From positions 20,747,629 to 20,811,628 of the forward strand of contig NC_068995.1 in NCBI RefSeq assembly GCF_001194135.2: a DNA stretch of 64,000 nucleotides, read 5' to 3'. This stretch comes from Octopus bimaculoides. Lineage: Eukaryota. Positions 53,771-64,000 of this stretch are shown here, in pieces. A program made the position numbers and the translations under genes. Each line of letters begins with the position of its first letter. Position 1 is the first letter of the stretch. Below the pieces are notes generated by a model. That model saw only the letters and a list, made by a program, of their open reading frames with translations, did no database searches and had not been told where the DNA came from.

Positions 53771-54464
53771 TTTTTTTATCACATGTGTGTGTGTGTGTGT
53801 GTGTGTGAGAGAGCGTGTGTGTGTCATCCGTATGAAGTGCCCAAGGACCCTCTAGGCTGACCTTTATAGGCAGCTGGAATATGAAATCACAGAGGACATA
53901 AAAACTCCATTATAATGGTACCTCAATAACGCGAGTGGCTTGATGGTGACTGCGCGCGAGGCCACTGTAATTGAGTGGAAGAAGCAGGGGTGGGTCGTGA
54001 AGTTAAGAATAAAAGGTATAGATAGTAAAATACGAAGAAAAGTTTTTAAAAAGCGTGAGCAAGGTGCTGTGTGCGTGCAATGCGAACAGCGGAGTGTAAT
54101 ATTTGGCGCGCAGTCCTGCCAATGTGCAAGACGTTACCGAGGAAAATTCTTCGTTATGTTAACGAAAAAAAAATTCTATTATCAAATTATACTGGGTTAC
54201 GTGTAACAACTTAAAAAAATCTTTATACGTGCATATATACATATGTAAAGACAGACAAACAGGCAGACAACTAGTGAAATACGTAGCGATAAAGAGATGA
54301 CGAGGGATATAGACATACAGATAAACATACATACATATTTATGTATATATGTGTATATATATGTATGTATACACACACACATACACACACACACACATAT
54401 ATATATATATACATATATGTATGTGTGTGTGACTGTGTGTATACATATATATGCACACACACAC

Positions 54465-54560
<96 letters not shown>

Positions 54561-54726
54561 TTGTATGTACATATGCACAAGCATATACGTACCTGCACAT
54601 ATATTTATACATACATGCATACATACACAGTAACTAATGTGTGCATGCGACTGTGTGTGTCTTCTGTCAATTCATAACGACGAATTTATATCAACGTCGT
54701 TTGTTGTTCACGAATTGCAATATAGA

Positions 54727-54785
<59 letters not shown>

Positions 54786-55675
54786 CATATATATACGCAC
54801 ACAAATATATATGTATATGTATGTATATATATGTATGTGTATGTATGTGTATGTGTATGTATGTATTATATGTGTATGTATAGCAACGTGCACACAAGCA
54901 TGCAAACACTTACGTAGTCAGACGACATATTCAGATCTATTGCAATTGCTACCGAGTTTATAGTAAAAGAGTGTAATGTGCACATATCATCGCAGTTATT
55001 GCAAGTTCGGCAGCAATGGCTGTGCACATTCGGCTGCGGGGTTGCAACAAAGCAATCACTTTATCTGAGAAATTATTCCTTTATCCTCTTTCTCTCTTCC
55101 TCTCTCTATCTACCTTGCCCTCTTTTCCTTTCACCCTCGCTTCCCCCCTCACACATTCTCTCTCTCTCTTTCTGAATATCACCTGCTGTCATATCTTTGC
55201 ACCAAGATACCATTGTTGCTCATACATGTCCTACTAACCTCAATAGGATATAACCGCTCTCTCTCTCTTCTTTATTCTTCTATTACGCCGTGAGTGCAGC
55301 AGAGAGAAGCAGAGGAGATGAGGATCGAAGGTAGGAACGAGAGTGGGGTTGAAAGGAAAGAGAAGTTAGTCGTTTATGAAGGGAAAAAAAGAAGTAGTAT
55401 GCCGGGGAGATTTAAAAAGCACAAATAGATGAAGTAAAAAATGGCTGCCGGAATTATGATGGCTTCTTAATAGCTGATAATATCAAATGACACACAGCTC
55501 AGCTCATATTGATAGCTGAGGTCCTATGTATGAGTAAGTGCAGGCATAGCGTCTAAGTAGCTTTAAGGATATGTATTTTCAGTGTGTGTTTGTATGTGTT
55601 TATTTGTCGTTTGTTACGTGTGTTTGAGAGGTGTGTGTGTCTGTGGAACTGTGATACGTTCATGTGTGTGTTTGT

Positions 55676-55765
<90 letters not shown>

Positions 55766-56039
55766 TATGTGTTTGCAGATTGTAGGATGGCGATCTGTAT
55801 GTTCCCTTCTTATTGATTGATTTTTTTTCCTGATTAGGGGAATTTCTTGGAGGGCAAAAAAGAGACAATCGATATCTAAAAGATTGAGTGAAGGGTTTGT
55901 GACTATCGAGAGTGTCTTGATGTTGTTATTGTTGTCGTCATCGTTGCAGTGGTTTGCTTTTCTTTGTTTCCCTTGTAAATGTGCTTGTTGCTGCGCATTC
56001 TATTTTTGTTCATGTTGTTGTTGTTGTTGTTGTTGTAGT

Positions 56040-56226
56040 TGATGATTATTGCTGTTGATTGTTGTCGTTATGGTCGGCGAATCTACTGACGTTGCAGCAG
56101 CAGCAGTTACGGCAGCAGCAGTTACAGCAGCAGCAGTTACGGCAGCAGGAGTTACAGCAGCAACAGCAGCAGCAGCAGCAGCAGCGACAACATCAGCCGC
56201 AGTAGTAGTAGTAGTAGTAGTAGTTA
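56040..56226. repeat. (GCA)n low-complexity tract with a 15-bp higher-order unit gcagcagcagttac(a/g)
   Basis: Four tandem 15-mers, then (GCA)n and (GTA)n. Confidence 0.85.
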
Positions 56227-56799
56227 CCGTTCAGCTTCTGATTAGTTCAGACGGACCTTATATCTAATGATTGAAAATATTCCAGTCGTGTTTGTCACGT
56301 CTTTTTCTTTTGTTTTAGTCAGTGTATGCGGTATTACATCGCAAAATGATGTCCCTTCACTCTTAAACCGGTAGGAACGTAATTCGCAGGAGATTTGGCT
56401 GCTATTTCTACTATGTATGGGACCATATAGAGCCATCTTCCGTGATTCTTCATAGTTATTCTTTATCATTACTATTGCTGGTATTATTACTGTTGTTACT
56501 GATGCTTCTTCTTGCTTTAGGTGAATCTTTATCGTGTAGACATATAAGTCTGCCTGCCACGACCATCCTGCCTTTTTCTTTTATATATTTAGGACTACAT
56601 AGTTCAACATGTTCTTTTATGTTACAGTGGGAGTAGATTAGAAGACTGTATGGCTGCTACTTTTAGCGAGTCAAACAACCACGGACAGACTTCCTACTTG
56701 TAGATTTATGATAATATTGGTCTTACAGATATTGCTTCTGCGGTCAAATTTATTGTAATTGGAACTGGTTATAACGGTACCAGTGGCAATAGTAATATT

Positions 56800-57400
56800 G
56801 AATTCAAATTTTGGCACAGGGCCAGCAATGTTTAGCGGTTGGGTAAGTCGATTATAAACCACGAAAAGATGAAAGGCAAAGTCGACCTCGCGCGGAATTT
56901 GAACTCACAACGTAAAGACAGACAAAATCAGCAAAGCATTTTGCCCGGCGGGGTTAATGATTCTGGCAACCTGGGCCGGATTAAGATCCATCGAGGCCCT
57001 TAGCACCTAAAATACTTTCGTGCCCCCATAAAAGATTATGTAATTCAAACTATAAACAATAACAAACCATAAAATAAATTTTTATTTTTCAAAACGAAAC
57101 AAAACAATAAGATGGGAAATAATGTTTATTTTTGTGTACTTCCACTTTATTTATATTTGAAAAGTTTCCTCCTACTTTTTTGAATTGCAAAATCTTTGAT
57201 CAGAACCTCAAAATTAATCTTAGATAACACACCTGTATCTATACTTAGCAGAGATAAAGACATACCGAATATTATTTTAACAAGTTTATAGTGATTTTTT
57301 TTGTGCGATAAACCATCTACCATTTCTGTGGTGCCCCCGCTTTAAGCACGTGCTTATTTTGCTTAATCGTTAATCCAGCGCTGCTGGCAGGTCGCCGCCC
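56800..57400 (-). mobile_element. SINE family A, interrupted by a hAT-type MITE
   Basis: Reverse core gatgaaaggcaaagtcgacctcgc. The head is split into aatgattctggcaac and ctggcaggtcgccgcc. Confidence 0.78.
56971..57383. mobile_element. hAT-type non-autonomous element (413 bp)
   Basis: TIRs ctgggccggattaa and ttaatccagcgctg; decayed 8-bp TSD ctggcaac/ctggcagg; AT-rich interior. Confidence 0.72.
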
Positions 57401-57989
57401 TTTATGGCGATGTAATTACATGTAATAATATGTTGTTGCTTATCCTTGAGTCACATCTGATTAAGCAGACTTATAATCAAACATTCCAGTCACTATCAGG
57501 AAAAAAAAAATAGGGTGTGTAGTTGTACTGTCTGCTCTCCTGTTCTCGAACCTATCGGTGTGAAAGCTTCCTTCTTAACTATTGGTGATAAGGATTGTTG
57601 TTTAGCTGTAAATCAGCCTTAATTAAACAGGCTAGTGGTCTTAGCCATTCTAGCTGCGACCATGAGGAATTCTCTAAGCACAGAAAATGCTTGTGATTAT
57701 ATAAAAGAAAAACGATAAAAGCTGGGAAAGTAGATTTTTGTCTGATATTTCTGGATGGACTGTCGATCACGTAGAGACTGTGTAGTTTGCTGGTCAGAAA
57801 GGTTGTTAATGATAGCGTGGGATGTGATGATAACGACTGTGATGATAGCATTGGTGACTGATGGTGACGATTATGACACTTCTACTGATGACGGACGAAT
57901 AATAGCGATACTAGCGTGGCAATGGTATCGCACATCACATTCCGTAAACTAAATCCTGATAGCAATAATGGTGAAAATAGAGATTGGAC

Positions 57990-58690
57990 CATTGCGATGT
58001 ATCGATAAAATGTATTGATGCGAAGTTTCGATATGATGCACTTAGGAGATACATCGATTCATCGGCACGATGTATCGATGTGATGCATCGATATGATCCA
58101 TCGATGTGATTTATCGATATAATGTACTGATATGATCGATCGATGTGATCCATTTATATTATATAGCGATATAGGAGATCGATGTGATCTATTGATATAA
58201 TTTATCGATGTAATGTGCTGATATGATTCAATATGATGTATCGAGATGACGTTTCGACGTGATATATTGAGATACAGATACGAAGTATTGATGTGAAATA
58301 TCGATATGATGTACCGACGTGATAATCAATGCATCGCTATGATTGTTAATGCGATGTATCGATATGACGCATCGATGTGATGTACCAATGTAATCTATCG
58401 ATACAATGCAGTGTTTGATGTTTTGATGTGATGTTTGAATACGAAGAACTGATGAGTTGTTTTATTGTTTTGGACCGACATAATTAGATTGTCTATCGAC
58501 ATGATGTAACAATGTTTAATGCAGCTGAATTGTTGTGATGTATTGTTATGGTACATCGATATGCTAAATCGATGTGATATATCAAAGTTCTGTACCAATG
58601 TGATATATGTTATAGCTATACATACACACATCCGTCCATATATATGTATATGTCATATCGATGGAATATTTCGATGTGAGGAATCGATCT
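57990..58690. repeat. Degenerate 13-bp ATCGAT-core tandem array
   Basis: Units such as atcgatgtgatgc, atcgatatgatcc, atcgatgtgattt and atcgatataatgt recur over about 700 bp. Confidence 0.85.
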
Positions 58691-59022
58691 GATGGTTAAC
58701 TTCAAATACAATTGTTACATTATATTAAAGAACTGAATTTCCTGATTTTGATCCCTCAATTGAATATCCCTGTTACGACGTTGATATCGTAACACCTATA
58801 TAGCTTATCCAACATAAAGTGATTGCTGTACGATAAATATCCTATAAGTATTTATAAGGGGCAACTAAGCAGTTATGAATATGGTAGTCCTATATGCTTA
58901 AAATGATATTTTATTTGAATAGAAGAGAAGAAATGAACTCTATGATGGATGTCACTCATATTCTAGTCAACATCTGATCATGCTACAAAATACCTAAAAT
59001 GAATGCCATAACTTCACATTCA

Positions 59023-59760
59023 CAGGGTGCTCGGATTAAATTTGGCAGTGTGCCTAAAAGGAAACGAAAACACATCCAAAGATAAAAGTATTTTAAAAAT
59101 TCAAAAGCTGTCAACTAGATTGGGGCGGGGAGATAACAGTCAACTCAAAGTAGCCGCCCTCAGCTTCATTCATGGACTGAAGACAGCTACGGAACCAGGT
59201 GCGTGCTTTCCTCACAGTGTTCTTGCGGAGATCACCGAACAACCACTTGACTTGGTATTGCATGCACAGTGGTTGGGGTCTTTCTTAACTGCGACCAACA
59301 CACAATAAACCATGAGATTACAATCAAGAGAATTAAGAGGCCAGAAATTGAGGCTGGTGAAGTCATAGGAATGCTCCGACAACCATTCCTCATTCTTTCT
59401 GGAGGTATAGCAAGGAACTGAATCCTATTGCCTCGCGTATGACCTGCCACCAGTAACCTTCCCTAGCCAAGGATTGATCATAGTCTCCATCAGCTTCACT
59501 TAGCCGTCTGAATTGAGCTTAAAAACCTGTTCAAATATGTGGGGCGGCATTACGTCGACTTCACTAAAGGTACTCTAAAAAAACCATTACAGTTTGAGGG
59601 AACCTGGTTTTCATGATGTTTATATCACGTCATACAACCTTTACAATGTTCGCAGATCATTGACTAGCTCTCATGAAATCGGCATTTGGATTTCCGGTGC
59701 GAAACATCCCGATACAGGTAACTCTTTTCCAATAGTCAGACTGCTTCCAATCCTGCATGT
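59023..59760 (-). pseudogene. Internally deleted DD37D (maT-type) Tc1/mariner transposase fossil with 3' TIR
   Basis: Manual translation: MQDWKQSDYWKR..(deletion)..MKTRFPQTVMVF, SEVDVMPPHIFE, Q*DSVPCYTSRK..WLSE..FWPLNSLDCNLM(V)Y, EAEGGYFE. Exactly 37 residues separate D (59424-2) from the third catalytic position (59310-8, now V). Terminus cagggtgctcgg at 59023. Confidence 0.8.
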
Positions 59761-61077
59761 CAGCTAACTTTTTGTCAAATACAACTTTAATCTTTAGGAT
59801 CTCCAGCATCGTTGACAGTTCACCAATAGATCATGCTGTCTCTGAAAAAAGGAGAGAAAATATCGTCAAATCAATCTCCGAATCCCCTATGAGAGCATTT
59901 AAGTCTGCTTTGCATCTAAGACATTATAAGTATTGCAAGATAAGCATTTCAGTTAGCGAGTTAGAAAACAGGAGATTCGACATACTGCGAAAAATACGGA
60001 CTCTCAAAAGCTGTAGTCGGCTTTGCTCGTGTGTATTCATATCTGAATTAATTATCACACGAATTCTCTAGATCTAGCATGAATTGCTTTGAAAAGCTGT
60101 TAATAATATTCACTTAGTCCAGAGTTATTCATTCACTCAGAATCCATTGTAGCTATGCAATTCAGAAAATGGTTCAAGATGAGATTTATGAAGATGCTCA
60201 AGAAGAAACATAGAAGCAAAATATTTTATTCTTATATTCTAAGGGAAAAGATCTCATTTTTTTCAAAACACCGTTCAAATCTATACAAGTACTCTCAATA
60301 AATCATTTTTCTATTCAGCAATATTTTACAATAATATATTGCAGTGATTGGAGACATACAATATTGTTAGTTCTTCTTCTCTCAGGAACTAAAAGAAAGA
60401 GATTTCATAAAATATCTTTAAAAATATATAACCACTTTGGAAGATATGTCACCATTAAAAATTTCAATTAGCTAGGTTTAAAAACGTAGCCTTCAATTAG
60501 GAACATATATGTATATATATATANNNNNNNNNNNNNNNNNNNNNNNNNNNNNNNNNNNNNNNNNNNNNNNNNNNNNNNNNNNNGTAATTTTATGAGGATA
60601 CTTTTCCCGATGAAGGGGACGTTGTCCACATGGTTTGTAAGATTTATTAATTTTTCTACCAGGACATAAGCTCTAGAAACGGCCGTTGAAAGTGAACCTC
60701 CTCGAACTGTATCCCACATGGGTTTTATTTACATGTATTTTTATGTATATTTATATATATATATATTTATGAATATTTAACAAAACTATTCATGTGTCGA
60801 TATGTATTAATATATGTATACGCATTTTAAGTCGAATTTATAAATGTATGAGCATGAGTGCCTAATATTAATTCTTATATAGATATATTTTTTAAATTCA
60901 TTTTATTTCTTATATATATATATGTTCTTTATTTGTGAATTAAGGCTACCATTAGTTTCATGTTAAGAAAAGTAGGTAAATATCCTAGCGTCTTAGCAAC
61001 TTTTCAAGCCGATCACATAGATAAAGGTGTTCGCATCCATTTTGGAAAACAGTCTCACTTCGTTCACAAGATTTCTC

Positions 61078-61123
<46 letters not shown>

Positions 61124-61181
61124 TAACAACAATAACAACAATAATAATAATAATAATGATGATGATGATGATGATGATAAT

Positions 61182-61386
61182 ACGCAATAAAGAAGACTGT
61201 GACTGTTATCAAATGAACGATATTTCGACATCTCGTGTGTCTTCCACAGGTTCAAAAATAGACTTCTCAATCTACTTCATTTTGAACCTGTGGTAGACAC
61301 ACGAGGTGTCGAAGTATCGTTCATTTGATAAGAGTCGCACTCTTCTTTATTGCGTCTTTAATTTTTGGAGGAGTAACCTCAATCCT
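61182..61386. mobile_element. Penelope-like inverted terminal-repeat fragment with two hammerhead-like motifs
   Basis: About 76-bp inverted arms (61182-61257 and 61280-61355) around a 22-nt loop; homologous to 1551-1694. Motifs at 61214-61254 (-) and 61283-61323 (+). Confidence 0.6.
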
Positions 61387-61390
61387 ACAA

Positions 61391-61448
<58 letters not shown>

Positions 61449-61462
61449 TTAATAATAATAAT

Positions 61463-61894
61463 TGATAATTGGTTCTGTGAAGACCTACCAAAATCTGAGC
61501 AAGTATAAAGATCTTGAACTAGAAATTGGCAAAATGTGGAACCTCAAGACTAAAACATTACCTGTTGTCATAGGTTTCCTAAGAATGATAGCAAAAGGTG
61601 CTGATTGCTACCTAGCTCAGTTACCAGGAAACCCCAGAATGGCAAAAATTCAAAAGATAATGCTCATGGGAACTGTCCATATCCTACGTAAGATGCTGTC
61701 TATGTAATCTCAAATTTTAAAACAAAATCATCATTTTCTTATGTTTTCTTAAACATTCTCTAGAAAATACTATGTGCCAAACTAAATATATGACGCCCTA
61801 AGCATAACACCAACATGAACTTCTAACTTGTTGTCTCTTGAGGTCTCTGGGTGAGACTTGGAGCCAACTTGTACAAATACAAAGCAAAAGTTAA

Positions 61895-61897
<3 letters not shown>
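61463..61897 (+). mobile_element. 5'-truncated R4/Dong-like element (RLE C-terminus plus 3'UTR) inside (AAT)n
   Basis: LSKYKDLELEIGKMWNLKTKTLPVVIG..MGTVHILRKMLSM* (stop 61707), with (AAT)n on both sides. Confidence 0.85.
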
Positions 61898-61959
<62 letters not shown>

Positions 61960-61965
61960 TTAATA

Positions 61966-62052
61966 AGCAAACCACAGCACATACCCAAGGCGCACAGAGC
62001 TGCGCTCGGTAGTGAAGTGAAAGCACGTTATAAAAATAAAACTACTGAACAA
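61966..62052 (+). mobile_element. 3'UTR-only stub of a Dong-like element inside (AAT)n
   Basis: Ends ggtagtgaagtgaaagcacgttataaaaataaaactactgaac, identical to the 3' end at 63231-63272. Confidence 0.7.
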
Positions 62053-62549
62053 TAATAATAATTAATTCGGTTTATTGGCCACAAGGGCTAATATCAATTG
62101 AAAACATATAAGGACAAAGACAGGACGAAGGTTACAAAAGGTTTTGTCCGAAAAGGTAGGAAAGTTCGTCTAAACAGAGGAAGAAAACGGAGAAAGATAT
62201 AATGAATAAATAGATAAATAAATAGATAAATAAATAAGTAGAAACCCCNNNNNNNNNNACAAGTGTATTCTCAGAATTGGTCCGTTTATACTGGCCATTC
62301 TTCCAACAGTCACCCATCTTTCAACGAATTTGCTATGAGACAGCACTTCCCTCTCTACTCTCATCTTCCTTTTCAAGTGGAACTTGAAAAAGTTGATGAG
62401 GCCTTGGCCAAAGAGGAAAGTGTCTGTCTTTAGCCCTTTCAAACGGGTCCACCATATCACCTCTTTCGCTACAGCCACTAGGCATAGGAAAATTGCAATA
62501 ATAATAATAATAATAATAATAATGATGATGATAAAAATGATAATAATGG

Positions 62550-62736
62550 TTTCAAATTTTGCCACGAGGGCAGCCATTTTGGTGTAGGGGGTGTGTCGAT
62601 TACATCGACCCCAATGTTCAACTGCTACATAATTTATCGATCCCGAAAGGATGAAAGGCAAAGTCGAACTCGGCAGAATTTGAAATACTGCTAAGCATTT
62701 CGCCCAGCGTGCTTACAATTCTGCCAGCTCGGCGCC

Positions 62737-62738
<2 letters not shown>
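62550..62738 (-). mobile_element. SINE family A (tail type 1)
   Basis: Reverse core cccgaaaggatgaaaggcaaagtcgaactcggc..attctgccagctcggcgcc. Confidence 0.82.
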
Positions 62739-62769
<31 letters not shown>

Positions 62770-62773
<4 letters not shown>

Positions 62774-63272
62774 TTTTAAAAAAATGCTTTCTAATTGATG
62801 TATCAATACCAGCAGATGACAACGTTTCTCGAAAAGAAATGGAAAAACTTTCAAAATACAAAGACCTGGAAATAGAGATAACTCGAATGTGGAGTCTAAA
62901 AACAGAAACAATTCTTATCNNNNNNNNNNNNNNNNNNNNNNNNNNNNNNNNNNNNNNNNNNNNNNNNNNNNNNNNNNNNNNNNNNNNNNNNNNNNNNNNN
63001 NNNNNNNNNNNNNNNNNNNNNNNNNNNNNNNNNNNNNNNNNNNNNNNNNNNNNNNNNNNNNNNNNNNNNNNNNNNNNNNNNNNNNNNNNNNNNNNNNNNN
63101 NNNNNNNNNNNNNNNNNNNNNNNNNNNNNNNNNNNNNNNNNNNNNNNNNNNNNNNNNNNNNNNNNNNNNNNNNNNNNNNNNNNNNNNNNNNNNNNNNNNN
63201 NNNNNNNNNNNNNNNNNNNNNNNNNNNNNNGGTAGTGAAGTGAAAGCACGTTATAAAAATAAAACTACTGAA
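62770..63272 (+). mobile_element. 5'-truncated R4/Dong-like element (RLE fragment, gap, 3'UTR) inside (AAT)n
   Basis: KKCFLIDVSIPADDNVSRKEMEKLSKYKDLEIEITRMWSLKTETIL before the gap; 3' end followed by (AAT)n. Confidence 0.8.
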
Positions 63273-63293
63273 CAATAATAATAATAATGATAA

Positions 63294-63364
<71 letters not shown>

Positions 63365-64000
63365 ATAACTATAATAATAATTGTAATGGTGTTGATTGCA
63401 CTAGTAATAATAGCAATAGTGAAAAAAGTAATAATACTAAGGATGACAATAAATATAGCAGTATTCTTGCCTCCGATGTAACATAGTTAATAATTTTAAT
63501 CCTAGTTTAGCTGAACTAACTCACCCTGTTTTTGATACTTTACATGAAGTTAATTCTATCAGTGAAATTGAGAGCATATTTAACCCATAGGAATAATATT
63601 GATTATGACATTGCTAATAATCCTGTTTTAACACCTGGTTCTTAGAGTAGATTCAGTATTAATTCCTTTAACCATGAGTGCCAGGTACGAGTGAATAAAC
63701 TCCTTTATAATTTCAGAACAGTCTTACGTGTTCTTTAGAAAATCAATGTTTAAAGAAGAATATTTATGTATAGTTATTATTGGGGATCGTATTACATATG
63801 TTCTTCTGCAACAGTTTGAAAATCTGGATTACATAACCATTATTCTTCATTTAACTTTAGGAAGAAATGTAATTCTACGAATCTTAATAAATACATTCGG
63901 TATTTGAAAGACACGAATATTAAATACAATATAAATTATTAGTTACGTTCCATCGTATAATACTATTAATTTTAAATGTGATCTTTGCCTATAGGAAATG

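Noticed and set aside
56049-56267. Poly-Ala/Val ORF
   Set aside because: Product of (GCA)n and (GTA)n repeats.
60130-60200. 12-bp match agaatccattgt to candidate exon 1, suggesting a paralogous exon
   Set aside because: The similarity is too short and the frame does not continue; compatible with chance.
60588-60645. Peptide FYEDTFPDEGDVVHMV resembling the eIF2-alpha N-terminus (FYxxxFPxxxDVV)
   Set aside because: Only 16 aa, bounded by in-frame stops and a gap, with no continuation of the S1 domain; cannot be supported.

Overview
AT-rich, repeat-saturated eukaryotic DNA. About 20 N-gaps almost all abut microsatellites, as expected of a short-read assembly. The repeat families resemble octopod cephalopod (Octopus-like) SINEs; this is recall, not a database result. 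No ORF in the track is a complete host gene: most are microsatellite or gap read-through. Supportable content: (1) many tRNA-type SINEs of about four families, some with perfect 16-18 bp TSDs and some nested; (2) five fragments of restriction-like-endonuclease (RLE) non-LTR retrotransposons of the R4/Dong type, all abutting (TAA)n arrays with the same polarity, including a 1.7 kb RT-CCHC-RLE fossil; (3) a HERO-like RLE fossil; (4) Penelope-like terminal-repeat fragments carrying minimal hammerhead-ribozyme-like motifs, once as a hairpin and once as a tandem pair; (5) DNA-transposon remnants: DD37D/maT transposase, Helitron PIF1 helicase, mariner and hAT MITEs; (6) a 416-bp near-perfect palindrome; (7) a candidate three-exon gene (37150-40611, +) encoding an 86-aa protein with one C-terminal hydrophobic helix, absent from the ORF track.
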